From: Patescibacteria group bacterium
GTDB lineage: Bacteria; Patescibacteriota; Microgenomatia; UBA1400; PJMF01
NCBI GenBank assembly: GCA_041747555.1
Contig: JBGTEY010000008.1
Span: 3,557-67,556 of the forward strand
Reading direction: 5' to 3'
Length of the DNA stretch: 64,000 nt
Notes under the pieces: model-generated
Told to the model about the DNA's origin: nothing
The model's input: only the letters and a program-made list of their open reading frames with translations
Database searches by the model: none
Program-made: the position numbers and the translations under genes
In this document: positions 49,500-59,343 of the stretch, piece after piece
Layout: each line of letters starts with the position of its first letter
Numbering within the stretch: position 1 is the first letter of the stretch

Positions 49500-51310
49500 G
49501 GAGCTCCTTCTACGTCAATAATACATGCTTTTGCAGCTTGCACAACTTGGGGCTGGACTATCATTCCAGTAGCGCCAAGGCTCAGTGCTTTACGCGCGAT
49601 GTGGTCATGAAATGGTCCTGAAAATAACAGCGATAACTGTTGGGAGCGCGCCAACACCGAAAGTTGCGACGCGGTCCGAAGAACACCTTGAATGTGTTCT
49701 ATTGCTCCGGTTGCCTGAGAGCTATCGAGAGGATACTCACTTAGAAGTCCTTGATTTTCTGGATCAATTCCCGTGCTGAGTGCATGGTGGGTGTACATAT
49801 CAAAGATGACCCCCGCAAACTGTTGGAGCGGAAACGATGATAAAAATGAAACACTGGACGGGGTGGAAATCAGTGCGTACCGTGAGCATCTTGGATGATT
49901 GTAGATGTCGTGTGACTTTAATACCTCCAGGAATAATTTTATTTCGGCGGCGGTTCGAGCGAAGGGAATAACTAAACCGATGTGCACGGTAGGATTTTTC
50001 AGTGCTGTCGCGATAGCATTGAGTTCAACGGTAAGCAGCTTTCGTTGCTGTAAGTATCGAGACACACCCCGTAATCCCAGCGACGGATTTACTTCGTCAG
50101 GTTCATAGTGATTTGCATTTCTGAGCGTTTTTAGGGTGGAACTTGAGATGGTGTGCAAGCTGTAGAGTATTTGGCCATCCTTGGCAATTGATTGAGCTGT
50201 TGTCTCGATGTATCGCGCAATCTGGTGGCTGAGTAGACTGTCCTGCTCTGCTCCATGACTCAGTGGGTGCGATCCCTCTTCTAGAATAATTGCATTTCCA
50301 GAGATGTATGCTCCATGCAGACCAGTTTTGCCATGAATTTCACTTCTTGAGGGATGGGAAATGAAGAGTTTGGTAATACTCGCAGCGGAGTGTGTTTTGG
50401 GGTATTCGAACTCGAATTGCTCTATGCCGGTGCAAATAAATTGCCCTCGCTCAAGGCTCCAGTAGATTTTTTTATGATCCAAAAATTGTCGTTTGGCATG
50501 AGAGATGAGTTTTGCTATTTTTGTGACCTGATTGGCGGTCAGTTGCTCGGCAGGTTTGTCGAGATCTTTATTTTTATACTCATCGATTTTCCTGATTAAC
50601 ATACGCTTCTGATTGCGATGTTCCTGCGAAACTATATGGCCGGTTCGGATATCAACGATCCATGTTGCGTGCGTTACCGGTGTGCGTGATTCAATCACTC
50701 CTTGAGTGCCGAGAATTTTTACGCTCGTTTTATTGCCAGTGTCAGGGTTCATAGTGTAGGCGAATCCTGAAAATTCAGATTGGGGTTGATACTGCACGAC
50801 AATTCCGGTGTGCATAAGGAGTTCTGGTGCTGTCGCATGAGGGTGGCGCGTAAAATATTGAAAACATGACTCAGCCCAGGTTTCTAAAATACTTTCTATG
50901 AGGTTGGCATCTCCTTGGCAATTTTCTAGAACGCCATTCGGCTTCTGTATCATTACGCTTGGGTACACCGTAACGAAACCGCCAAGTAAATAGTCATGGT
51001 ACTGACTGTGGAGCTGATGTCGAAGAGCCTGAGGGAGTTGGAGCCGCTTAAAAATGTGCATCAGCCTCTCTTCAGCCGCTTTTTTAGAGCTACTATCAGC
51101 GATCGATGTTTCTTTGAGATACTTAGAAATCGTTAACTGAAGGTTGTTTGCTTTTGCGATGTCAAGAAGAGCAGCGGTTGTCACCAAGACTAAGGGTGCG
51201 ACGGGAATATCGCGGTCAAATAAAAGGTATAGACTCTTGAGGTATGATCCGACTTCGGTTGAGGGAAGTGAATCAAGCGCAGGTAATTGGCAGAGGGCAG
51301 TTCTGTTCAT
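49487..51310 (-). CDS. Divergent PEP-utilizing-enzyme-like protein (pyruvate, water or phosphate dikinase relative?)
   Basis: Weak N-terminal PEP/pyruvate-binding-like block and a C-terminal TIM-barrel-like block. No clear phospho-His swivel domain. 13-nt overlap with eno. Confidence 0.25.
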   Translation of the reverse strand: MNRTALCQLPALDSLPSTEVGSYLKSLYLLFDRDIPVAPLVLVTTAALLDIAKANNLQLTISKYLKETSIADSSSKKAAEERLMHIFKRLQLPQALRHQLHSQYHDYLLGGFVTVYPSVMIQKPNGVLENCQGDANLIESILETWAESCFQYFTRHPHATAPELLMHTGIVVQYQPQSEFSGFAYTMNPDTGNKTSVKILGTQGVIESRTPVTHATWIVDIRTGHIVSQEHRNQKRMLIRKIDEYKNKDLDKPAEQLTANQVTKIAKLISHAKRQFLDHKKIYWSLERGQFICTGIEQFEFEYPKTHSAASITKLFISHPSRSEIHGKTGLHGAYISGNAIILEEGSHPLSHGAEQDSLLSHQIARYIETTAQSIAKDGQILYSLHTISSSTLKTLRNANHYEPDEVNPSLGLRGVSRYLQQRKLLTVELNAIATALKNPTVHIGLVIPFARTAAEIKLFLEVLKSHDIYNHPRCSRYALISTPSSVSFLSSFPLQQFAGVIFDMYTHHALSTGIDPENQGLLSEYPLDSSQATGAIEHIQGVLRTASQLSVLARSQQLSLLFSGPFHDHIARKALSLGATGMIVQPQVVQAAKACIIDVEGAPWRQ

Positions 51311-51358
51311 CTCTGTACATCATAGCGCAAAGTTCGGTCAAGTGTAAGAGATGCTCAT

Positions 51359-52435
51359 TTAAGTGGTTTGGAGTGTTGATTTAAACCACTCGACTTGTGG
51401 TGTTTCTCCTGGGCTGACGTTATTAAGCATTGCAAGGTAGTAGGAAACATAAGTCGAAAAGGTGAGTAGCTCGAATACTTGCCCAAGCTTTGATTTGGAG
51501 CTAAGCGAAAGTGCACGAGTCTTAATGTTGTGTTTTTCGAAGAGTGTTTCAGTGAGTTGGAGTCGTTCTTGATTCTCTTCTCCATAGAGATTGGAGTGAA
51601 TAGACACAGCAACTGCTGAGAATTCGGCATTTTTAGGGTGCTGCAAGCCTTCGAGTAGATGGTGATTGAGTTCTGGAATGGTAAAGTAGGTACTCAGTTG
51701 CTTTGAGTTCTCATTGATTTGATTACTAAAAACATGCGCGGCTCCTTCTGTATGTTCAGATGCGATAACGATTGGAAACTGCTCAAGGAGTTCATAGGCG
51801 AGGAGCTTAGCAGAATTTTGTTCTTGGTTTACGGCGACGCTGTATTTCAGTTGTGCAGCTGCAATTGCGGTCAGCACATCGCGATACATTTCATCGGTCA
51901 CTTCTAGAAGGCCTAATTTTGCAAAAAGCGCAATTTGACCAAAAATTGAATAGCCGACGCCCATGCGAGGTACGTTGCAAGGGTTATGTGTTGGAGTAAA
52001 TTGAAGAAATGGTGCATTCTGAGCAGACAGCATAGTTGCTATCTCACCGCCCGTAGTTATGCCCGAGAGCATCGCGCCCTTGCTGATGGCATCTTTGGCT
52101 GCAGAGATTGTCTCTGCGGTAGTACCTGAGTAGCTTGAGGCAATGACGAGTGTTTGGTTGTCTACATACTGTGGGAGCGTGTAATCTGGTGCGGTGAGAA
52201 CAGGTACCGTAAGTTGATCTGCAAAAAGGGTTTGAATGACGTGGGTTCCGAGTATTGAACCACCCATACCGGCCACTATGACCTTAGAGACATCCTGTTT
52301 TTCGATCTTTTCAAGCGATCCAGCGGTGCTCCAAACGTCTTGCACTTGATCTCCAAATTGTTCAATTGACGCAAGTGCGCCACGGGTGTCAATTTCTAAA
52401 AGAGCATCTCTGTTGTCGAGTAATGGAGTTTCCAT
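51359..52435 (-). CDS. SIS-domain bifunctional phosphoglucose/phosphomannose isomerase (archaeal-type PGI/PMI)
   Basis: VIVAGMGGSILG SIS motif; length of about 360 aa. Confidence 0.5.
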   Translation of the reverse strand: METPLLDNRDALLEIDTRGALASIEQFGDQVQDVWSTAGSLEKIEKQDVSKVIVAGMGGSILGTHVIQTLFADQLTVPVLTAPDYTLPQYVDNQTLVIASSYSGTTAETISAAKDAISKGAMLSGITTGGEIATMLSAQNAPFLQFTPTHNPCNVPRMGVGYSIFGQIALFAKLGLLEVTDEMYRDVLTAIAAAQLKYSVAVNQEQNSAKLLAYELLEQFPIVIASEHTEGAAHVFSNQINENSKQLSTYFTIPELNHHLLEGLQHPKNAEFSAVAVSIHSNLYGEENQERLQLTETLFEKHNIKTRALSLSSKSKLGQVFELLTFSTYVSYYLAMLNNVSPGETPQVEWFKSTLQTT

Positions 52436-52450
52436 GGCTGCGTTCCTTAT

Positions 52451-53701
52451 TTATGCTGAGTGATCGATATTTTTAGAGATTGTATGGTTGGGGGGAACGA
52501 CTACCTTTTGACCAATCAGAACAGCTGGCATGGTGTTGACACGAATGCCGATATTTGCTGCAGATCCAGTGATTAATCCAAGTTTGCGGCGTTGCGTTTC
52601 AACCATTCTCTCTTTGATCATCGTTCTGGTGGAGATACCATCAAGTCGCTTATTTGCAGTGATGAGGCCTGCGCCGACAGTCGTACGGGATCCAAGAATT
52701 GAATCTGCCACATATCCTTGATGTATCGTAACCGATTCAAACAAAATAGATCGTACAACTTCTGTGTATGCACCAACGATTGCTCCCTGCTCGAGATTGC
52801 TTGATCGGACTAAACAGTATTGGCCAACGAGGCATTTTTCACCAATAAAGGTGGGGCCTTTCACAACCGCAAAATCCTCAATTCGAGCTCCCGCTGCAAT
52901 GTGCACTGGGCCAGCTGACTCATCAATGACGGCTGTATCTGCAATTTTTGCCGTTGGGTCTTGAAATGACTTGAGAGATTCAAACAATTTTTTCTGAAAA
53001 TCAAAGAGGTGCCAAGCATATTTGAGGGTTACTATTTCTTCTTCTTGAAGAATGTAGGTGATATAAGCAGACTTTGCGTAAGCGGAGTATGCCGTTTCTA
53101 GCGAATACTGCTCAGGTGGAGTGTTTTTTAAGGTTTCTAAAAATCCTTGGTCAAATAAATAAATGCTATTGATCCTAATATCTGAAGGTTCGGTGCCGGT
53201 TTTTGGTTTTTCGACTACTTCTATTACCCGGTCGCCCTCGTGCTTAAGTATACCAAAAAGAGATGGTGTATCGGTCTTTAATCCGATTAAGACACAATCT
53301 GCTTTGCGTTCTTTTTTGGCCTCATACAGCTTGTCAGCAATTTCCCCAGCCTGTAGATAATAGGGAGAAGCTACGATGAAGTCCCCATCGACGTGTTTTG
53401 CAGCAGCGAGTACGGCATCGCCCTGCCCTTTTGGAGATGTTTGGGTCACGAACGTGATTGATGCATCAAGTTTGTGTGCCTGTACCACACCGCTTAACCC
53501 TTTTCCATCAGCGTCCTTTTCAGAAACCACAATTACAATTTCGGTATACCCATGTGCAATAACATCATCGAGCGCGCGAATGATCAGCGACTGTCCCATG
53601 AGCGTTAAATTACCTTTGTGAGTATCGGTATTCAGAGGAAAAAAACGTGAGTTTTTCCCCGCAGCAATAAAGACGATAGTGGGTTTTTTCATGTGATTCA
53701 T
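52451..53701 (-). CDS. Sugar-1-phosphate nucleotidyltransferase with a C-terminal left-handed beta-helix domain (GlmU / mannose-1-P guanylyltransferase-like)
   Basis: N-terminal IVFIAAGKNSRFFPL NTP-transferase block and C-terminal hexapeptide repeats. Confidence 0.5.
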   Translation of the reverse strand: MNHMKKPTIVFIAAGKNSRFFPLNTDTHKGNLTLMGQSLIIRALDDVIAHGYTEIVIVVSEKDADGKGLSGVVQAHKLDASITFVTQTSPKGQGDAVLAAAKHVDGDFIVASPYYLQAGEIADKLYEAKKERKADCVLIGLKTDTPSLFGILKHEGDRVIEVVEKPKTGTEPSDIRINSIYLFDQGFLETLKNTPPEQYSLETAYSAYAKSAYITYILQEEEIVTLKYAWHLFDFQKKLFESLKSFQDPTAKIADTAVIDESAGPVHIAAGARIEDFAVVKGPTFIGEKCLVGQYCLVRSSNLEQGAIVGAYTEVVRSILFESVTIHQGYVADSILGSRTTVGAGLITANKRLDGISTRTMIKERMVETQRRKLGLITGSAANIGIRVNTMPAVLIGQKVVVPPNHTISKNIDHSA

Positions 53702-53718
53702 TCTATCACGCGTTCAGA

Positions 53719-55137
53719 TTAATCAAGCGCGTGGGTGTTTACTCCATGACTCCAGTCAATTTCTGGGTGAGCGCTCAAGATTTCTTTGAGGGTTCGTTTC
53801 ATGCCATCATATTGCTCTTGTGTCTTGCCCTCGAACTTAACAGTGATATAAGGACCATTTTGGGACGCTCGAATAATTGCCATTTCTTCTGCTGTATCCA
53901 TTCTAATACCGTCAATGTCGACGTATTTGGCGTCTGGCCAGCGTTGTACAAATTCTGCCCTAATTTTGGTATCAATGAATTCAAATTTAATATCATCTGC
54001 AAGTCCAAACTTAATTTCTGGACTACTCACATAGATCGCTAATTCATCTGCTGCTTCTGCGAGTGTTTGATCTTTTCGCTCTAAATACTGTAAAAGTCGC
54101 ATGCTGGCATATGCACCATCATCATGGCCATAGAAATTATCCATGAAGAAAATGTGTCCAGACAACTCTCCACCAAACGGTGCGCGGACTTCTTTAATCT
54201 TGGCTTTAATAAATGAGTGCCCCGTCATCCACATCACTGGTTCTCCACCTGCAGCCTCGACGGCTTCGGTCACTTGTCGAGAACAAAGGGTGTTGTACAC
54301 AATTTTGCTGCCTGGCATCATGTCGAGAACGTCTTTTGCAAAAATCGCAACAATTGAGTCCATCCAGAGCGTACGTCCGTTGTTATCGACCACAGCCATG
54401 CGGTCGCCATCGGTGTCGTATGCAAAACCGATATCAGCTCCATGCTCTTTAACGCCTTCCGCGAGGCGATCAAGAACCTCAACTTCTGTAGGATCTGGGA
54501 CACCGAGTGGGAAATTACCATCTGGGGTGGTATTTTGCTCAATTACCTCGCACCCCGCGTCACGAAAAATCTGTGGGTAAAAGACGCCCGAAGCGGTATT
54601 ACACCCTTCTACAACAACTTTCCATTTTTTCTTGAGTGAAAAATGCTTGAGAATATCTGCTTTGTATTGTGGAAATATATCTTCGGTCCTATTTGTGCCT
54701 GAGCCCTCACTGAATTCACGTTTTTCACAGAGTTCTCTCAAGTAGTGAATTTCCTCCGTGATCATGGTGTCTGAATAGCCGACGCCCAACTTAAGGCCGT
54801 TATACTCTGCTGGATTGTGGGAGGCAGTAACCATTGCACTGCCTTTAGTCTTGAATTCATAGCTTGAGAAATAGCTGATTTGGCTCATTGCCATGCCAAT
54901 ATCGATTGTGTCGATGCCGCCGTCATTCAGCCCTGCGATAAATGCAGTCGAATATTCTTCACTCGTGAGTCGATTGTCTCGAGCAACGGTCGCTTCTTTT
55001 ATTCTTCTCTGAGAAAGGAATGTCGCATACCCACGACCAAGGGTGTAGTACACATCTCCCGATAAATCTTCATCAGCGACACCACGCAGGTCATATCCTC
55101 GAAAAATCTTTGCATTAATGGGAACTATTTTGTACAT
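53719..55137 (-). CDS. Phosphoglucomutase/phosphomannomutase (alpha-D-phosphohexomutase)
   Basis: VTASHNPAEYNGLK active-site serine loop. Confidence 0.8.
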   Translation of the reverse strand: MYKIVPINAKIFRGYDLRGVADEDLSGDVYYTLGRGYATFLSQRRIKEATVARDNRLTSEEYSTAFIAGLNDGGIDTIDIGMAMSQISYFSSYEFKTKGSAMVTASHNPAEYNGLKLGVGYSDTMITEEIHYLRELCEKREFSEGSGTNRTEDIFPQYKADILKHFSLKKKWKVVVEGCNTASGVFYPQIFRDAGCEVIEQNTTPDGNFPLGVPDPTEVEVLDRLAEGVKEHGADIGFAYDTDGDRMAVVDNNGRTLWMDSIVAIFAKDVLDMMPGSKIVYNTLCSRQVTEAVEAAGGEPVMWMTGHSFIKAKIKEVRAPFGGELSGHIFFMDNFYGHDDGAYASMRLLQYLERKDQTLAEAADELAIYVSSPEIKFGLADDIKFEFIDTKIRAEFVQRWPDAKYVDIDGIRMDTAEEMAIIRASQNGPYITVKFEGKTQEQYDGMKRTLKEILSAHPEIDWSHGVNTHALD

Positions 55138-55186
55138 GTCTACCTCCGTATTACTTCATAAGTATGATAAAGTATGATCCTTTACT

Positions 55187-55861
55187 CTACCCCGTGATGG
55201 TCAAAAGGTCAAGCTGTTGAGATAGTGTACCAGCTAGACGTGAAGTTTTCATAGCGCGATCGATGTCGCGGAGTCGTTGATGTATGCGCAAAAGTTGCTC
55301 CAAACTGAATTTTTTTGCCTGAAAGACAAGTTTCTGGACCATAAACGGTGCGCCTGGCGCAGTTCCGGTTTCTTTTACCTGAATCAAGAGCCTGATCTGT
55401 CTGGCGAGCATCACAAAACAGAGATACTCATCTTCTTGCTCGAGTGCATCCATGAGGATAGTGTGTTTTTTATTCTGATCGCCGCTGCCCAGCGTTTCGA
55501 GCCAAGCGAACATTTTCTTGCTAATGGCAAAGCTTTCCACTTTAGCATTTCCAAACTTTTTGAGCATTGGTTTAGTGAGTGCGCGCTTTTCCCAGAGAAT
55601 TATGTCATCTTCATATTTTGAAATTGCCGTAATAAGTGCATTTTTTTGTTTTGAAGTCTGGAGTGAGTGAAGTCCTTCAATAATAATCACTCTTTGTGAG
55701 CCAAAGAGATTTTGGGTGCCAAGTAGTTCATCGAGACTACCGAGTGTAAGCTTTTTAGCATCCTCGCGCTCAATATCAAATCCTCGATCGCGAAAGGCAT
55801 CAATGTGCGCTTGCAATGCCTTTCTTGAGGAAAATAGGTTCTCTCCGTGAATGATGATCAT
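55187..55861 (-). CDS. holA: DNA polymerase III delta subunit-like protein (short)
   Basis: N-terminal pattern of IIHGEN...SLDELLGTQNLFGSQRVIII conserved blocks. Confidence 0.35.
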   Translation of the reverse strand: MIIIHGENLFSSRKALQAHIDAFRDRGFDIEREDAKKLTLGSLDELLGTQNLFGSQRVIIIEGLHSLQTSKQKNALITAISKYEDDIILWEKRALTKPMLKKFGNAKVESFAISKKMFAWLETLGSGDQNKKHTILMDALEQEDEYLCFVMLARQIRLLIQVKETGTAPGAPFMVQKLVFQAKKFSLEQLLRIHQRLRDIDRAMKTSRLAGTLSQQLDLLTITG

Positions 55862-55939
55862 GGTGTGCTGTTGGATGTCTATGCTGAGTATACTGTGTTG
55901 ATAAAAAATGGTACAGATGAGTCGTAAAATCTTTTTATC

Positions 55940-56623
55940 CTATCCCACGGTGTACCCATGTCGTTGAATCCAGGCGCGATGCGCTTTGTAGTCAGGGCAG
56001 AACCGTCTCACAACTTCCCAGAACGCAGCGGAGTGGTTCATGTGTTTTCGGTGCGCCAATTCGTGCACAATCACATAGTCGATCATTTTTGGCGGAAAAT
56101 GAACCAACTGCCAATTAAAATTTAGATTCCCTGCACTGCTGCAACTCCCCCATCTGGTTTTTTGTTTACGGATGGTTACTTTTTTGTAGGTAATGCCCAT
56201 CGTTTGCGCCAAAAGTTTGGTGCGCTCCAAGATGTAGTGTTGAGCGGTGTTTTTTAGATATCTATTGAGTGCGGTCTGAAAAGCCTGTTGCTGCTCCTCA
56301 GGTTTTTTTTGTGGGTCTGTAGGATTGTACGCAACCTCATTTTGTAATACGCCAACACCTACGGGTAATTGAGCAGAATATTTAATCACTTTTTTGTATA
56401 CTTTCCCAAAAATTGTAACCTGCTCTGGGGTGTGGAGTCGCGGTTTTAGCGCTAGTTTAGCTTGTTGTTTTGAAATCCAGGGTGTATTTGTGGTGATAAA
56501 TTTTTCTATTAGATGTGTGGGCGTTCTTGGAGGAGTAGTGACGATTATCGCACCGTCCCCCTCAATTCTGAGTCGCATGTGTTTGGAGCGTTGATTGGTG
56601 CGGTGGGTGTACGAAACAGTCAT
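55940..56623 (-). CDS. YgjP/DUF45-family metal-dependent hydrolase
   Basis: HELAHRKHMNHSAAFW zinc-binding block near the C-terminus. Confidence 0.55.
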   Translation of the reverse strand: MTVSYTHRTNQRSKHMRLRIEGDGAIIVTTPPRTPTHLIEKFITTNTPWISKQQAKLALKPRLHTPEQVTIFGKVYKKVIKYSAQLPVGVGVLQNEVAYNPTDPQKKPEEQQQAFQTALNRYLKNTAQHYILERTKLLAQTMGITYKKVTIRKQKTRWGSCSSAGNLNFNWQLVHFPPKMIDYVIVHELAHRKHMNHSAAFWEVVRRFCPDYKAHRAWIQRHGYTVG

Positions 56624-56663
56624 GAGTGTGTGAAAAAGGTTTGTTGATTATATCAGCCAACTT

Positions 56664-57119
56664 TTAGAAGAATGTCTCAACGATGCCAGCCAAATTGATG
56701 GTACCGATTACTTCGCGCAAGTAGGTAGTGGCGACGATAAGTACTGTCGCGAGCACTAATTCAATAGTTGGTGCAACTTCATTGCGAACTTTGTGTAGCC
56801 GCATAGCCATCAGTACATTGATAAAGGTTGTAATCATGAGCACAATTGCAATGGCAGTTAATTGGGTAACGGTTTCACCATCGATTAAGTGCTCTTTTAG
56901 TAAATGGTCAAGTTCAGGATACTCGATGAACAGAAAATACAGTGCCTCAATAAAACCATACAAACCATGCGCTCCAAGGAAAATCACGACTGCTTTATTC
57001 CAGTATTTTTTAAAGACATGAAACGTATCGACAATTTCTTCTTGCATCTCTTCGAGTGGTGTCTCTTGTTCTAACTCAGAGCCTGGATTGTCGCTGAGTG
57101 GGTTTTCTGCATGAATCAT
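56664..57119 (-). CDS. Hypothetical membrane protein. The start was moved to MIHAENPL because the longer ORF runs into tRNA-Leu.
   Basis: ORF with hydrophobic helices. Confidence 0.3.
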   Translation of the reverse strand: MIHAENPLSDNPGSELEQETPLEEMQEEIVDTFHVFKKYWNKAVVIFLGAHGLYGFIEALYFLFIEYPELDHLLKEHLIDGETVTQLTAIAIVLMITTFINVLMAMRLHKVRNEVAPTIELVLATVLIVATTYLREVIGTINLAGIVETFF

Positions 57120-57188
57120 ATGGGTATAGTACTGTCTATCGAGGACAGATACAAGATTGTGCGGTACAATAGGCCTGGTAGCTTCGGT

Positions 57189-57270
57189 GCCGAAGTGGCG
57201 GAATTGGTAGACGCGCACGACTTAGAATCGTGTGGATTACTCCTTGGAGGTTCGAGTCCTCTCTTCGGCA
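57189..57270 (+). tRNA. tRNA-Leu (TAG), class II with a long variable arm
   Basis: GCCGAAGTGGCGGAATTGGTAGACGCG 5' half as in bacterial tRNA-Leu; anticodon loop CTTAGAA; T-arm GGAGGTTCGAGTCCTCT. Confidence 0.8.
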
Positions 57271-57374
57271 CAACATTTGAGCCTCCATCATTGACGCAAT
57301 TCCTCAGTTTTTTGATAAAAACCTATTGAGCTTCTTCATTGATAATTTTTTTAAATGCTATAGTTTGCTATAAA

Positions 57375-57402
57375 CGACCCCAAAAACGCAAAAACCCCAG
57401 GC
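57375..57402 (-). terminator. Rho-independent terminator for the 57504..58184 gene
   Basis: In minus-strand sense, CCCCAGG-TTAG-CCTGGGG followed by TTTTTGCGTTTTT. Confidence 0.5.
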
Positions 57403-57503
57403 TAACCTGGGGTACTTACGACTCAGATCGAACATCCGGTGAGGACGGACCATCTGAGGTAATAGTAATAATAGCAAATATTATAAGATAATACAAGGGG
57501 GAA

Positions 57504-58184
57504 TTATTGGACGCTTTCTTGAGTAAACTCCAGAAGGTCTGCATTTGCCTTTTGTGTTCGCCCAAGGACTCGATCATCGTAGCGCATTTCTGTCATCCAT
57601 TGATTAACGCTTGCTGACCAGCTGCCGTTGCTACTTGGGGTGTATTTTCGCTCGATTAGTTCTGGGGTGGTTCTCCCCTCATCAATATAATTGGCTTTGA
57701 GTTCGCGTGCGGCTCGCTCAAAACCTTCTTCGTAGGTATTAAAGTGTAGCGTTCCTCTTGAATGAACGCCAAATCCTAGACAATTATTAGATCCAGGTGG
57801 AATTGCTTTGCATAAGTTGCTCTCTTGCATAGCTATCGCAGGTAAAAGTCTAAAATCCACATCGTATCGATCAGAAATTTCTACAATTACTGATCCATAG
57901 TGGTCATAGGGTTTGAGCGGGGAGTTATATCTCTCGAGGAAATTGGCCACAATTTGAGCGCGAGCATCGCCTGTTTCCATGACGCTATCAATTTGAAGCG
58001 GGCGCTCTTCTGAGGTGCCAGTATTTGGTTCATATGCAGAAGAAATGAGTACGCTGTGCTCATAGGTAGGCTTGGGAAGGATCTCGTCGGCATGATTTTG
58101 ATAAAACTGCACCGAGGCAATACTTGTCAGTGAAATGCCCACAGCAAGCATGATCCAAGCAAAGGTGAGGAACAAGGTTTTCAT
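57504..58184 (-). CDS. Secreted peptidoglycan hydrolase-like protein (glucosaminidase/lysozyme-like fold?)
   Basis: Signal peptide; the LLPAIAMQESNL...NNCLGFGV block resembles a glucosaminidase/FlgJ-type catalytic region. Confidence 0.35.
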   Translation of the reverse strand: MKTLFLTFAWIMLAVGISLTSIASVQFYQNHADEILPKPTYEHSVLISSAYEPNTGTSEERPLQIDSVMETGDARAQIVANFLERYNSPLKPYDHYGSVIVEISDRYDVDFRLLPAIAMQESNLCKAIPPGSNNCLGFGVHSRGTLHFNTYEEGFERAARELKANYIDEGRTTPELIERKYTPSSNGSWSASVNQWMTEMRYDDRVLGRTQKANADLLEFTQESVQ

Positions 58185-58279
58185 AGCGCTTCAAACAGTA
58201 TAGCAAATTTAAAAAATTGGGGTGGGGTATTTTTGGTGTAATTCGACAGGGCTACTTGACTATGCTATGCTATAGAAAG

Positions 58280-59287
58280 ATGTCTCATTGGTTCAAAAAC
58301 ATACTATCATCATTACTTGTAGCAACGACGGTGTTGTTGCTCAATGGATCAACTGTGTCTGCTGTTGAATCCAGCAAAGTTGGAATTCATATTCTTCACC
58401 CGCTTCAAATTCCGCAAGCTAAGGAATTGGTAGAAAATTCCGCAGATGAGTGGCAGTATGTGACGATCCCAGTGACTTTGGCAGATATTGATCGTCCTGA
58501 TGTTTGGGAGGAGTTTTTTAGTGATGCTGGTGAACATAAAATTATTCCGATAGTTCGATTGGCTACAGAATTTGAAGACGGTAATTGGCAAAAGCCGACC
58601 CGCCATGATGTGGTCGTTCTCCTTGATTTTTTACAACAATTTGAGTGGCCAACCGATCAAAAACACATTATTATCTATAACGAAGTCAACCATATGACCG
58701 AGTGGGGTGGTGAGATTGCGCCTGAAGAATATGCAGCAATACTCGAATTCGCTGCCGATTGGGCGCATACCGAACAAGTTGGCTTTGTAGTTTTGCCCGC
58801 AGCTATGGATTTGGCCGCGCCAAATGGTCCCAAAACTGCAGAGGCTTTCACCTACTGGAATCAAGTTTTGGCATCTCGCCCTGAAATTCTTGATAAAATT
58901 GATGCTTGGAATTCCCACGCTTACCCTAATCCAGGATTCACCTCCTCACCTAGAATTTCTGGAAAAAATAGAATAGATGGTTTTCTCTACGAGCTGGCAT
59001 ATCTTAAGAAGTACACAGATCGTGAATTCCCGATCTACATCACCGAAACCGGCTGGCGTGATACCACGCTGACCTCTGCTCGCTTGCATGAATATTATCA
59101 ATATGCCGACGATCATGTCTGGAATGATGAGCGGATCGTGGCAGTGACCCCGTTTGTACTGCAAGGTGCGCCCGGACCGTTTGCGGAATTTAGTTTTTTG
59201 GATGAGACAAGTAAGCCGACTGTACAAGGATTGGCACTACGTGCATTGGTCGATAGTGCTCAACAAACTGCCCTTATTGTTGAATAA
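58280..59287 (+). CDS. Secreted glycoside hydrolase, clan GH-A-like (TIM barrel). Start taken at MSHWF.
   Basis: IYNEVNH (NEx acid/base) and YITETGW (nucleophile) motifs after a signal peptide. Confidence 0.4.
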   Translation: MSHWFKNILSSLLVATTVLLLNGSTVSAVESSKVGIHILHPLQIPQAKELVENSADEWQYVTIPVTLADIDRPDVWEEFFSDAGEHKIIPIVRLATEFEDGNWQKPTRHDVVVLLDFLQQFEWPTDQKHIIIYNEVNHMTEWGGEIAPEEYAAILEFAADWAHTEQVGFVVLPAAMDLAAPNGPKTAEAFTYWNQVLASRPEILDKIDAWNSHAYPNPGFTSSPRISGKNRIDGFLYELAYLKKYTDREFPIYITETGWRDTTLTSARLHEYYQYADDHVWNDERIVAVTPFVLQGAPGPFAEFSFLDETSKPTVQGLALRALVDSAQQTALIVE

Positions 59288-59317
59288 TATGTAACCTATT
59301 CTTAGGATTTCTAAAGT

Positions 59318-59343
59318 ATAGTGCAGCAATCTGCACAATTTTT
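59318..59343 (+). terminator. Small hairpin plus T-run after the GH gene
   Basis: GTGCAG-caat-CTGCAC followed by aattttt. Confidence 0.3.

Noticed and set aside
57111-57329. A 72-aa ORF on the plus strand, and the 5' extension of the 56664..57218 ORF
   Set aside because: Both overlap tRNA-Leu(TAG) at 57189..57270. The longer ORF start was trimmed to an internal Met.
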